Part shown: piece by piece, positions 33,899 to 43,842 of the stretch
Position numbering within the stretch: position 1 is the first letter of the stretch
Layout: each line of letters starts with the position of its first letter
NCBI GenBank assembly: GCA_947259485.1
Contig: CAMYLU010000002.1
Span: forward strand, 71,841-135,840
Reading direction: 5' to 3'
Length of the DNA: 64,000 nt
From: an uncultured Gammaproteobacteria bacterium
GTDB lineage: Bacteria; Pseudomonadota; Gammaproteobacteria; GCA-001735895
Position numbers and translations under genes: made by a program
The notes under the pieces: model-generated
What the model saw: only the letters and a program-made list of their open reading frames with translations
Told to the model about the DNA's origin: nothing
The model's database searches: none

Positions 33899-34360
33899 AT
33901 GGGGTTAATTGAAAAGTTAAGTATGCCGATGCAAACGATCAACGGTTTATTGTCGAAGCTGCAATCGCCGTTCCTGTTGTTTGTCAGACTGTATGTCGCA
34001 TGGGTCTTTTTGAAGTCCGGTATGCACAAGATCGGTGACTGGGAAACCACCCTGGTGCTGTTCGAATACGAATACCAGGTACCGCTGCTGAATTTCGAAC
34101 TCGCCGCTTACCTTGCGACTTTCGGAGAGCTGGTTTTCCCGATCTTTTTAATCGCCGGTCTCGGCACTCGGCTTACCGCCATCGCAATATCGTTTATTAA
34201 TATCATCGCGGTGGTTTCCTACTATGCAACCCTGGCCAAGGGAGCCGGCCTGGTATGGCATTACCTGTATGGCACCATGTTACTGGTCAGTATTCTTTAC
34301 GGTGGTGGACTGTTCTCGATCGACCATTGGTTCAAGTCAAAGTTTGGCAATGATGATTAG
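33899..34360 (+). CDS. DoxX family membrane protein.
   Basis: 153 aa with four TM helices and a DoxX-like pattern. Confidence 0.65.
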   Translation: MGLIEKLSMPMQTINGLLSKLQSPFLLFVRLYVAWVFLKSGMHKIGDWETTLVLFEYEYQVPLLNFELAAYLATFGELVFPIFLIAGLGTRLTAIAISFINIIAVVSYYATLAKGAGLVWHYLYGTMLLVSILYGGGLFSIDHWFKSKFGNDD

Positions 34361-34412
34361 TTGCCGAGCGGCTGGCATTCCGGAAAATTCAATCGGCAAA
34401 CACTAGTAGGCG

Positions 34413-35096
34413 TTAGACGACCAGGTATGGTTTTAAGCGTCTGAGTACGGTTGGGTAGGCGGCATACCATTGCTGATAGCTTCTATTCCAGACCCGCATG
34501 AGTTTTTTACGCGCCAGTATGCGGCTATAGCTAACCAGCGGAATAAACTGGTTATGGCCGATTCCGTCTATTACCACCAGGCGAAACTCATCGAAGCCGA
34601 GGCGTTGAACCAGTATATTCGTTGGATTCAGATCGTAACAGGTAACCCAATGGTCATAGAGGCACTGCTTTAAGGCTTCTATCTCTTCAATGGCCCAGCT
34701 ATTAAAGCGTTTATCATTTTGTGCAAGATAATAGTCCAGCGATTTAGATATCCGTTTATCGTCGTCCTGCACCATTTCAAAGATCGCACCTTTACCCAGG
34801 CTGGTATCAACCAGTCCATGAAATGCGGCGATATGCTCCATATAGATTCCGCGTCGTTGCAGTTTCGAATAATAATTTACGCGACGCCTGAAATAACGCG
34901 GATGGTGTTCCGCACGCAAAATCTTGATGCAATAATACGCTTTGGCTGGATGTCGGAAGCATTTGAAGTAGGCGCCTTCGGCCACCAGTAACCGCGCAGA
35001 CAGCGGAACCGTATCGCTTCCAGGGAAAGCGTTATCGGAAAGGAGCATGTGGTTCGTCCCTGAACCCATCTCCTGGCAAGAGGAATTGCCGTTCAA
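34413..35096 (-). CDS. YrbL-family (PhoP-regulon kinase-fold) protein.
   Basis: 227 aa. Resemblance to PF10707 '...HGLVDT.LG......DLNPTNILVQ...VVIDGIG' (kinase-like HxD/N catalytic loop and a DxG). Confidence 0.5.
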   Translation of the reverse strand: MNGNSSCQEMGSGTNHMLLSDNAFPGSDTVPLSARLLVAEGAYFKCFRHPAKAYYCIKILRAEHHPRYFRRRVNYYSKLQRRGIYMEHIAAFHGLVDTSLGKGAIFEMVQDDDKRISKSLDYYLAQNDKRFNSWAIEEIEALKQCLYDHWVTCYDLNPTNILVQRLGFDEFRLVVIDGIGHNQFIPLVSYSRILARKKLMRVWNRSYQQWYAAYPTVLRRLKPYLVV

Positions 35097-36241
35097 TCTG
35101 CCTGGCGTCGCAGAAATGCAGGAATTTCAAGGTATTCCATGCTTTCCTTGTCTTCCGGCATCTCGACACTATCACCCACTATTTTCTTGCGAATTGCTGT
35201 GGGTCGTTCCAGTTTCTTGTAATCGACCTCGCCGTTGCTTTCCGGCTGAATCGCGGGAACCGGGATATCGGCTAGAACCTTGTCCTCACCGAGTCCGGTC
35301 GCGACCATGGTGACTCGCAGTTCACCGTCTTTCATATTGGAATCGATCACGGTGCCGACCACGACGTTTGCGTCGGCCGATGCCAGTTCTGTTATCGCGG
35401 TACCGACATCATCGAGTTCGCCAATCGCAAGATCCAGCCCTGCAGTGACATTGACCAGGATCCCCTGCGCGCCGGAGATATTGATATCCTCGAGCAGTGG
35501 TGACGAGATAGCCGCCATGGCTGCTTCCTTGGCACGATTATCACCTGTCGCGGCTCCCGTGCCCATCATTGCCATACCCATTTCCGACATGACTGTACGC
35601 ACATCCGCAAAGTCGACGTTGATCAAACCCGGGCAGGTTATCAACTCGGCAATACCCTGCACGGCACCTCGTAACACGTCGTTCGCTTTGCCGAACACTT
35701 CCAGCAACGAGGTCTGCTTACCCAGTACAGGCATTAGCTTGTCATTCGGGATCGTAATCAGCGAATCGACCACGATGGAAAGTTCCTTGATCCCGACATC
35801 AGCCTGGGACATCCGCTTGGTACGTTCAAATCCGAATGGCTTGGTTACCACGGCAACCGTCAGGATACCCATTTCCTTGGCAATCTGGGCGATAACAGGC
35901 GCTGCCCCGGTGCCCGTGCCACCACCCATGCCGGCGGTAACAAAGAGCATATTCGAACCCTCAATCATTTCCTGGATACGCTCTCGATCTTCCAGCGCAG
36001 CCTGCCTGCCGATACCGGGGTCTGCCCCGGCGCCGAGTCCCTTGGTAATGCTGGCGCCAATTTGCATCGACGATCGCACATCCATCTTCTTGAGTGCCTG
36101 TACATCGGTGTTAACGCACATGTATTCGACGCCTTCGATACCCGCCGAAACCATGTGCTGGACGGCGTTGCCACCGCCTCCACCGACACCTATGACCTTG
36201 ATAATCGGGTCTTTGGAGTGTGAATCCATCAGTTCAAACAT
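35093..36241 (-). CDS. ftsZ: Cell division GTPase FtsZ.
   Basis: 'GVGGGGGNAV' tubulin signature, 382 aa. Confidence 0.95.
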   Translation of the reverse strand: MFELMDSHSKDPIIKVIGVGGGGGNAVQHMVSAGIEGVEYMCVNTDVQALKKMDVRSSMQIGASITKGLGAGADPGIGRQAALEDRERIQEMIEGSNMLFVTAGMGGGTGTGAAPVIAQIAKEMGILTVAVVTKPFGFERTKRMSQADVGIKELSIVVDSLITIPNDKLMPVLGKQTSLLEVFGKANDVLRGAVQGIAELITCPGLINVDFADVRTVMSEMGMAMMGTGAATGDNRAKEAAMAAISSPLLEDINISGAQGILVNVTAGLDLAIGELDDVGTAITELASADANVVVGTVIDSNMKDGELRVTMVATGLGEDKVLADIPVPAIQPESNGEVDYKKLERPTAIRKKIVGDSVEMPEDKESMEYLEIPAFLRRQAD

Positions 36242-36263
36242 GTTTTTGTCCTCTTGCTTTAAT

Positions 36264-37505
36264 TTAAAAATTACCCTGAAACCAGCTTTTCATTCTCGCC
36301 AAAACACCGGCTTCGTTGTGATCGTCCAGTTGATAACCGGACAAGCCGGATTGCTGCCTGTTTCCAAATAGCAACAATCCAACACCTGTCGCATGAATCG
36401 GGTTGCGTACCACGTCGACCAATCCCGACACATACTGTGGATAGCCCAGTCGAACCGGCATATGGAAAATCTCTTCCGCCAGTTCAATTGCACCCTCCAT
36501 TTTCGAACTGCCGCCGGTCAACACGACCCCGGCGGCACATATCTCTTCGAACCCGCTGCGGCGTAATTCCGCCTGCACCAGGCTTAATAGTTCCTCGTAA
36601 CGCGGCTCCACCACCTCGGCCAGGGTTTGCCGGGCCAGGCGTCGGGGTTCGCGATCGCCAACGCTGGGAACCTCGATGGTTTCGGTGTCCGCCGCCAGTT
36701 GACGCAAGGCGCAGGCATACTTGACCTTCAGGTCGTTGGCATACTGGGTCGGTGTACGCAGGGCCACCGCAATATCGTTGGTTACCTGGTCGCCGGCGAT
36801 CGGGATGACCGCGGTGTGACGAATCGCACCGTCTGAAAACACCGCTATATCAGTGGTTCCGCCACCAATATCGACCAGGCATACGCCCAGTTCCTTTTCG
36901 TCGTCGGTCAGTACCGAGCTGGCCGAGGCGAGCTGCTCCAGGATCACATCGTCGACCTCGAGGCCGCATCGGCGCACACACTTGATAATATTTTGTGCCG
37001 CACTGACAGCGCCGGTGACCAGGTGCACCTTGGCCTCGAGCCGTACCCCGGACATACTGATCGGATCGCGAATTCCCTCGGAATTGTCGATTACAAATTC
37101 CTGCGGCAATACGTGCAGAATTCGTTGATCGGCCGGGATTGCAACCGCCTTGGCAGCGTCGATAACACGAGCGACATCTGCCGGGGTAACTTCTTTTTCC
37201 TTGATCGCAACGATGCCATGCGAATTGATACTGCGAACATGACTGCCGGCAATACCCGCATAGACGGAGCGGATCTGACAACCAGCCATTAATTCCGCTT
37301 CCTCCACCGCGCGTTGAATCGATTGCACGGTTGATTCGATATTGACCACTACACCTTTCTTTAAACCACGCGAGGGTTGGGTACCGATTCCGATGATGTC
37401 GATATCGCCCTCGACCGTAACTTCGCCAACGATCGCAACCACCTTGGAGGTTCCGATATCAAGCCCTACGATCAGGTTTCCCGATGTCTTTTTAGACATT
37501 TCCAT
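36264..37505 (-). CDS. ftsA: Cell division protein FtsA.
   Basis: Actin-fold protein. 'LIVGLDIGTSKV'. Confidence 0.9.
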   Translation of the reverse strand: MEMSKKTSGNLIVGLDIGTSKVVAIVGEVTVEGDIDIIGIGTQPSRGLKKGVVVNIESTVQSIQRAVEEAELMAGCQIRSVYAGIAGSHVRSINSHGIVAIKEKEVTPADVARVIDAAKAVAIPADQRILHVLPQEFVIDNSEGIRDPISMSGVRLEAKVHLVTGAVSAAQNIIKCVRRCGLEVDDVILEQLASASSVLTDDEKELGVCLVDIGGGTTDIAVFSDGAIRHTAVIPIAGDQVTNDIAVALRTPTQYANDLKVKYACALRQLAADTETIEVPSVGDREPRRLARQTLAEVVEPRYEELLSLVQAELRRSGFEEICAAGVVLTGGSSKMEGAIELAEEIFHMPVRLGYPQYVSGLVDVVRNPIHATGVGLLLFGNRQQSGLSGYQLDDHNEAGVLARMKSWFQGNF

Positions 37506-38289
37506 TACTCCAGATTGATACTATGTCGCTGCCCTGCAGGGCTTCCTTTTTCCAGGCCACAGCGAAACCATTGCTGTAACGTAAATCCAGTCGCTGGATC
37601 TGCCCACGTCGGGGCAGAATCTGCTGCATGTAAATGCTCACCAGGCGATCGATCTTATGATCGATATCTTTCCGCCCCAGCTTGATTTTCAGACCATTGA
37701 TCAATTCAACGTCGAGGGCGCCACGGCTATCTACCTGCAAGGCCATCAAGCGTTCATCGACAGCATTGAATCGGGCTTGCAGGCGATAAAACTGTTGCAA
37801 TGCCCAGGCCGGCGGATGGTTAGCCGCATGGACGATGGGCAGGTGACTGAAAGCCCCTGTATCCGCCCGGTAAACACTGGCCGAATCACTCAGCAGGTGT
37901 TGCTCATCCCAGCGAGCCACCGGTTTTTTCTCTTCGATCGCGATCCTCAGTTTGTCCGGCCAAATCCTGCGCACCGAGACCAACTGTGTCCATGAATCGT
38001 CATGCAGGGTTTGCTGCAGATGGTGAATATCAAATGAAAAGAATCCCTGGCCAAGATACTGTTGCAGCGTCGATTCAACCTCCTGTTGATCGAGGTTTTT
38101 AAAGCTTCCGGAAAGCTGAATCGTTCGAATTGGAAGTATCTGTTCTAACTGGCTGAGATAGAAACCACCAAGGCCTAGCGGCAATAGCAGAAATACCCAG
38201 TTGTAAGATTTGCGCCAGCGAAATGATTTTGACGCCGATGCCGACGTATTGCGTTTCGCCTGTTTACTCTGCTTGCGGACCTTAGCCAT
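37492..38289 (-). CDS. ftsQ: Cell division protein FtsQ.
   Basis: N-terminal TM anchor followed by a POTRA domain. Confidence 0.85.
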   Translation of the reverse strand: MAKVRKQSKQAKRNTSASASKSFRWRKSYNWVFLLLPLGLGGFYLSQLEQILPIRTIQLSGSFKNLDQQEVESTLQQYLGQGFFSFDIHHLQQTLHDDSWTQLVSVRRIWPDKLRIAIEEKKPVARWDEQHLLSDSASVYRADTGAFSHLPIVHAANHPPAWALQQFYRLQARFNAVDERLMALQVDSRGALDVELINGLKIKLGRKDIDHKIDRLVSIYMQQILPRRGQIQRLDLRYSNGFAVAWKKEALQGSDIVSIWSNGNV

Positions 38290-39241
38290 CGTGATCGTCT
38301 CCTGTCAGCGTTGCTTCGAGGATCTTTACCACCAGTTCAGGCATTTCCAGACCGGCTGCCCTGCCCGCCATCGGTATCAGGCTGTGATCAGTCATTCCCG
38401 GTACCGTATTAACCTCTATCACCCAGGGTCGTTGCTGCTGATCCAGCATCAGGTCCACCCTGCCCCAGCCACCGACTCCGGTGGCGCGGATTGTTTCGAG
38501 CACTATTTCGTTAATCGCAGCGACGCTGTCATCGCCGAGTCCACTGGGACAGGTATAAACGGTGTCATCCGCTAAATACTTGGCCTCGTAGTCGTAAAAC
38601 TCTCGTGGCGTTTCCAGCTTGATCAGCGGTAAAACTTCATCACCGATAAATCCGGCGGTATATTCGATACCGTCGATGAATTGCTCGGCGAAAACTGCGC
38701 CAAAGCGTCGTGCGGATTCCCAGGCCGGAAACAACTCGTTTTCATGGTGCACCGGGGTCATGCCGATGCTTGACCCTTCCAGCACAGGTTTGACAAACAC
38801 CGGTAGGCCCAGGTCGCGAAGCAAGCGCTCACAATCGGCTTCATTGCGCAGCTCGATGAAATCTGGAGTTGGAATACCGCTACAGCGAATTACCTTTTTT
38901 GTCAGCACCTTGTCCATGGTTAACGCGGCTGCAGATACGCCGCTTCCGGTGCTGGGTATACCGAGAAAATCGAGAACTGCTCGAATGGTGCCATCCTCAC
39001 CACCACGACCATGCAATACGTTAAAAACACGATCAACCTCGAGCTCGGCAAGCTGGTGGAAAGCATGCGCCTCTAAATCAACTGATATGGCATCGACGCC
39101 GGCGGCAAGCAAGGCCTGGTAAACCGCGTTACCACTATTGAGCGAAACCTCGCGCTCTGCAGATTGCCCGCCCATTAGAACTGCCACCCTACCGCATTTT
39201 GCGGCTGTATCAGGCGACGGCTTTTGCAGCACAATGCTCAC
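38282..39241 (-). CDS. ddl: D-alanine--D-alanine ligase.
   Basis: ATP-grasp fold, 319 aa. Confidence 0.9.
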   Translation of the reverse strand: MSIVLQKPSPDTAAKCGRVAVLMGGQSAEREVSLNSGNAVYQALLAAGVDAISVDLEAHAFHQLAELEVDRVFNVLHGRGGEDGTIRAVLDFLGIPSTGSGVSAAALTMDKVLTKKVIRCSGIPTPDFIELRNEADCERLLRDLGLPVFVKPVLEGSSIGMTPVHHENELFPAWESARRFGAVFAEQFIDGIEYTAGFIGDEVLPLIKLETPREFYDYEAKYLADDTVYTCPSGLGDDSVAAINEIVLETIRATGVGGWGRVDLMLDQQQRPWVIEVNTVPGMTDHSLIPMAGRAAGLEMPELVVKILEATLTGDDHDG

Positions 39242-40131
39242 AGGGTTTCCCCCACGATGCGAACTTCGGCTTCGAGACTGACGCCAAATTGCGACGCAAT
39301 CGTGTCACGAATATGCCCGATCAGTGCCTCGACATCGCTGGCCGTCGTATCGCTGTTGCTGATAATAAAGTTGGCGTGCTTTTCCGAGACGCAGGCGCTA
39401 CCCAGGCAATATCCCTTTAGGCCCGCTGCCTCGATTAGCTGAGCGGCGTGCTTTCCCTCAGGATTCTTGAAAACCGAGCCACAGGAAGGCAGGCCTATGG
39501 GTTGCGTGGCATTGCGCTGCTGCAATAAATGGCGAATATTGGAAGGTACACCTGGCGCTCGAGCTGCCAGACGAAACCTAGCCGCGGCAAACCATTCCTG
39601 TTGCGGCAAGCCGACGTGCCGATAGTCTACTTCAAATTCAGCAGGACTCCGTTCGACCAGGTTTCCTGCTCGATCAATCATCACCACCTGCTCTACCATG
39701 GACCAGGTTTCGCCACCGAACGCGCCCGCGTTCATCGCCAGGGCGCCACCGATGGTACCGGGAATTCCGGCGAAAAAATCAGCGCCATCGAACCCCTGTT
39801 TCTGGCAGAACTTGGCGAGTTTGGCGCAGCTGATTCCGCTTTCCACATAAAGCAGTCCATCTGGCTGCAGGCGGATTTCTTTCAGAGAATTGAGCGGTGC
39901 AATCACCTGCCCACGAAAACCGCCATCGCGCACCAACAGGTTACTGCCAAGACCGATCCAGAGAATATCGATGTCCGGCTCAAGGCCAGCCAGAAAATAC
40001 TGCAGATCGACCAAATCGGCAGGAATATAATAACGATCCGCAGGTCCGCCCAGGCGCCAACTGGTGTGCTTTGACATGGGTTCGTCCAACATCAACTTAC
40101 CTTTGATTGAACGATTGCTGGCCACGTTCAT
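39238..40131 (-). CDS. murB: UDP-N-acetylenolpyruvoylglucosamine reductase.
   Basis: FAD-binding 'GGPADRY...IGLGSNLLV'. 297 aa. Confidence 0.85.
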   Translation of the reverse strand: MNVASNRSIKGKLMLDEPMSKHTSWRLGGPADRYYIPADLVDLQYFLAGLEPDIDILWIGLGSNLLVRDGGFRGQVIAPLNSLKEIRLQPDGLLYVESGISCAKLAKFCQKQGFDGADFFAGIPGTIGGALAMNAGAFGGETWSMVEQVVMIDRAGNLVERSPAEFEVDYRHVGLPQQEWFAAARFRLAARAPGVPSNIRHLLQQRNATQPIGLPSCGSVFKNPEGKHAAQLIEAAGLKGYCLGSACVSEKHANFIISNSDTTASDVEALIGHIRDTIASQFGVSLEAEVRIVGETL

Positions 40132-41555
40132 TTCCCCTTTCCTGCTGGCTGATGCTGTGCCAGAAACTCCGCCGACCAGGCCCCGATACTCCCGGCACCC
40201 AGAGTCAGGAAAATATCTTCATCCTGTAAAACCTTGTCGACGACTTCGTCGAGGCCTTCTAGCTCTTCTACAAACACCGGATCGACCTTGCCACGGTTTC
40301 GAATTGAACGCGCCAGCGCGCGCGAGTCGGCATCCTTGATATGGGCCTCACCCGCGGGATAAACCTCGAGCAATATCAATTGATCAACGTCGGCCAACAC
40401 CTGGGTGAAGTCTTCGAACAGATCACGCGTACGGGTAAACCGATGTGGCTGAAATAAAACGGTGAGTCTTTTCTCCGGCCAGGCAGCGCGAATCCCGGCC
40501 AGGGTTGCGGCAATTTCATTGGGATGATGCCCATAATCATCAATATGCATAATCCTGCCATTGGCAACTTGCAGGTTTTCGCTAATCTGGCAGCGCCGAC
40601 CTATTCCGGAGAAGTCGGCCAGTGCCTCGACGATCGCCGCCGGCGAGACTCCCAGCTCCCAGGCAATACTGATTGCAGCGGTGGCGTTGAGCACGTTGTG
40701 TTTACCCGTCAGGTTGAGTTCGATATTCAGCAACTCCGGCTCATCGGGTAGTCTGACGCTGAAGCAGGTCCTGGCACCTTTGGCGACAATATCGGTAATA
40801 TGGACATCGGCATCTTCGGACTCACCGTAGGTCAGAACAGGGCGCGCAATGTCGGCCATTATTTCGCGCACTACCGGATCATCAAGACACAGCACGGCAA
40901 GTCCATAAAACGGCAAGTGATGCAGAAACTCGATAAAGGCCTGCTTGAGTCGCTCGAAATCACCTTCATAAGTAGAAAGATGATCATTATCGATATTGGT
41001 AATAATCGACATCATCGGCTGCAGGTAGAGAAACGAGGCATCGCTTTCATCCGCCTCGGCAACCAGGTAATCGCTCAGACCGAGCCGGGCATGGCTGCCA
41101 GAACTGATCAGTTTGCCACCTATCACGTAGGTCGGATCGATATCGCCGCTGGCGAGCACGCTTGCTACCAGGCTGGTGGTGGTGGTTTTTCCATGGGTGC
41201 CTGCCACCGCGATACCGCGCCGGAAGCGCATCAACTCGGCCAGCATTTCGGCACGCCTGACTACCGGGATACGCCTTTCGCGTGCGGCCTCGATTTCCGG
41301 ATTGTCTTCATCAATCGCGCTAGAAACCACCACGACATGGGCTTCAGCGACGTTTTCGCTGTTATGCCCGATAGTGATATCGATACCGAGGTCACGCAAA
41401 TGCCTGACCATCGCGTTGTCGGCGATATCCGAACCACTGATGTGATAATTCAGGTTGTGAAATACCTCGGCAATGCCACTCATTCCGGCACCACCGATAC
41501 CAATGAAATGAATGTTGCGAATACGTCGCATGAAGTGCTTTGAACTCACTGTCAC
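40128..41555 (-). CDS. murC: UDP-N-acetylmuramate--L-alanine ligase.
   Basis: 'HFIGIGGAGMSGIA' and 'VAGTHGKTTTTS'. Confidence 0.9.
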   Translation of the reverse strand: MTVSSKHFMRRIRNIHFIGIGGAGMSGIAEVFHNLNYHISGSDIADNAMVRHLRDLGIDITIGHNSENVAEAHVVVVSSAIDEDNPEIEAARERRIPVVRRAEMLAELMRFRRGIAVAGTHGKTTTTSLVASVLASGDIDPTYVIGGKLISSGSHARLGLSDYLVAEADESDASFLYLQPMMSIITNIDNDHLSTYEGDFERLKQAFIEFLHHLPFYGLAVLCLDDPVVREIMADIARPVLTYGESEDADVHITDIVAKGARTCFSVRLPDEPELLNIELNLTGKHNVLNATAAISIAWELGVSPAAIVEALADFSGIGRRCQISENLQVANGRIMHIDDYGHHPNEIAATLAGIRAAWPEKRLTVLFQPHRFTRTRDLFEDFTQVLADVDQLILLEVYPAGEAHIKDADSRALARSIRNRGKVDPVFVEELEGLDEVVDKVLQDEDIFLTLGAGSIGAWSAEFLAQHQPAGKGK

Positions 41556-42646
41556 GATATCGCTCCCGCCAGTATCCCCGCAGCCAGGCGATCGGTAGCA
41601 TCGGCCTTGAACTGGGCACGGGCATTGATCGCCATCTCCACCAGTGCGAGTCGATTCTGCTGAAAGAACTGCAACTTGAGCGCCAGGTTTTCTGCTCCTA
41701 AATCCGCTTCCTCGAGAATTTGCGCGGCTCCGTTTTGTTCCAGGAAAAGCGCGTTGTGGTACTGGTGGTTATCGACCGCATAAGGGAACGGAATCAACAG
41801 GGATGCCAAACCGACCGCGGTTAATTCTGCTATGGTGAGGGCTCCGGCCCGACACACCACCAGGTCAGCCCAACTGTAGGCCTGCTGCATATCTTCGATA
41901 AAACTGATTATTTCAGCATCGACACCGGCATCGGCATAGTTTTGCCGGCAACTTTGTAAATGTTTGTCACCAGATTGATGTTTGACCTGCGGACGCTGGT
42001 CACGATCGAGGCAGGCAATCGCCTGCGGCAGGATGCGGTTCAATGCGACTGCGCCCAGGCTACCGCCGATGACCAGCAACTGCATGGGCGTGTCGATTCT
42101 CGACTGCAAACGTGCACCCGGTTCCTCCAGCTCGGCAAGGCCGGAGCGCACCGGGTTACCGATACACTCGCAGCGCGGAACCGAGCCGGCAACATTCGGA
42201 AAAGCGGCGTAGTTACGAGTCGCAAAACGGCTCAGAATCCGATTGGTTAATCCGACAATCGAATTCTGTTCATGCAGGAACAGCGGAATATCAAGAAACC
42301 ATGCCATCAAACCACCCGGCCCGGAAACGAATCCACCCATACCCAGCACTGCCTTTGGTCGAATACGGCGCAATAGACGCAACGCCTGCCAGCAGGCACG
42401 CAACAATCGAAAAGGCGCCATGATGAGCGTCATCACTCCCTTGCCACGCAATCCCTGCACGTTCAGCCACTCAATCGCGAAATCTGCGGCTGGCACGACC
42501 TGCGCCTCGATGCCGGAGCGGGTACCCAGCCAGATAATACTTTCTCCGCGTTGGCGTAGATTTTCAGCGACCGCGAGCGCCGGGAAAACATGACCCCCGG
42601 TACCACCCGCCATGACCAGGATCGGTTTTTGCAAACCCTGGTTCAT
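41552..42646 (-). CDS. murG: MurG glycosyltransferase (undecaprenyl-PP-MurNAc-pentapeptide GlcNAc transferase).
   Basis: Start set at 'MNQGLQKPILVMAGGTGGHVFP'. The longer track ORF overlaps ftsW. Confidence 0.9.
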   Translation of the reverse strand: MNQGLQKPILVMAGGTGGHVFPALAVAENLRQRGESIIWLGTRSGIEAQVVPAADFAIEWLNVQGLRGKGVMTLIMAPFRLLRACWQALRLLRRIRPKAVLGMGGFVSGPGGLMAWFLDIPLFLHEQNSIVGLTNRILSRFATRNYAAFPNVAGSVPRCECIGNPVRSGLAELEEPGARLQSRIDTPMQLLVIGGSLGAVALNRILPQAIACLDRDQRPQVKHQSGDKHLQSCRQNYADAGVDAEIISFIEDMQQAYSWADLVVCRAGALTIAELTAVGLASLLIPFPYAVDNHQYHNALFLEQNGAAQILEEADLGAENLALKLQFFQQNRLALVEMAINARAQFKADATDRLAAGILAGAIS

Positions 42647-43842
42647 GGGCGGTCCATTGCTCGCCGACGCAGCTTCTTGCCACCGTCGCCAACCCGGCAT
42701 TCATAGTAGACACGTAACACCAGTCCGACCGCAAACGACATGCTCAGAATGGAGTTACCGCCGTAACTGATAAAAGGTAAGGTTAATCCCTTGGTCGGCA
42801 AGGCTCCCATATTGACACCGATATTTATTGCCGCCTGCAGCGTGATCAGCAGCCCAACCCCGTAGGCCAGGTAGGCGCCAAATGCCTTATCTTTATGCAA
42901 CGCCATTTTAGCAATCGAAAAACAACGCAGGGCGAGCAGGGCAAACAAGCTGATTAAAAAGACCTGCCCGACAACGCCGAATTCTTCGGCAAAAATTGCA
43001 AACATAAAATCGGTATGCGCCTCGGGCAGGTAAAACAGCTTCTGGATACTGCCGCCGAGACCCGTTCCGAACCAGCCCCCGCTGCCGATGGCGATTAGAG
43101 ATTGAGTCAATTGAAACCCGCTGTTGAAGGGGTCGGCCCAGGGATCGATAAACGATGTGATACGTGCGAGCCGATAGGGCGAGGAAACCGCCAGCAGACC
43201 CATGATACAAAGCGTACCAATGACGAACAGGATGAATTGAAAAAATCTCACCCCCCCGAGAAACATCAATCCGAGTCCGGTCATCAGCAGCACCGCGGCT
43301 GCGCCAAAATCGGGCTCCAATACCAGTAAACCACTGGCCACCGCGAGAATCAGCATCGGCTTGATAAATCCCATGGTATTGGTCTGCACTTCTTCGCTGC
43401 GCCGAACCAGGTAACCGCTGAGGTAAATAATGAGAAACAGCTTGGCGACTTCCGAGACCTGGAAGGTAAACACACCAAAATTGAGCCAGCGTGTACTGCC
43501 ATTAACGGTATGGCCGACTCCGGGAATCAATACGCAGGCAAGCAGGACGATCGAACCCAGCATCAGAATCATGCCATTTTTCTTCCATACTTCTAGCGGG
43601 ATTTTGCAGGCAAACCACATCAGGGCGACGCTCAACAAAATTCGTAAGAACTGGCGCTTGGCAAAATAGAATGGATCGTGGTTTTGCTGATCGGCAATAC
43701 CTATCGATGCCGAAGCCACCATCACCAGGCCGATACTGATCAGCGTCACGTAAAGCAAAATCGTGACACGATCATATTCCGGTGCCAGATCAAACCCGGG
43801 TTTTACAACTGCGTTGTTGCTTCTGATTGCCTGACTAGTCAT
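42643..43842 (-). CDS. ftsW: Peptidoglycan glycosyltransferase FtsW (SEDS family).
   Basis: 10-TM SEDS protein, 399 aa. Confidence 0.9.
   Translation of the reverse strand: MTSQAIRSNNAVVKPGFDLAPEYDRVTILLYVTLISIGLVMVASASIGIADQQNHDPFYFAKRQFLRILLSVALMWFACKIPLEVWKKNGMILMLGSIVLLACVLIPGVGHTVNGSTRWLNFGVFTFQVSEVAKLFLIIYLSGYLVRRSEEVQTNTMGFIKPMLILAVASGLLVLEPDFGAAAVLLMTGLGLMFLGGVRFFQFILFVIGTLCIMGLLAVSSPYRLARITSFIDPWADPFNSGFQLTQSLIAIGSGGWFGTGLGGSIQKLFYLPEAHTDFMFAIFAEEFGVVGQVFLISLFALLALRCFSIAKMALHKDKAFGAYLAYGVGLLITLQAAINIGVNMGALPTKGLTLPFISYGGNSILSMSFAVGLVLRVYYECRVGDGGKKLRRRAMDRP

Noticed and set aside
35280-36371. 363-aa ORF on the plus strand.
   Set aside because: It is entirely antisense to ftsZ. It has low-complexity Ser/Pro/Ala composition typical of a GC-rich antisense frame.
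40800-41543. 247-aa ORF antisense within murC.
   Set aside because: Same reasoning: it is embedded in a conserved gene on the opposite strand.
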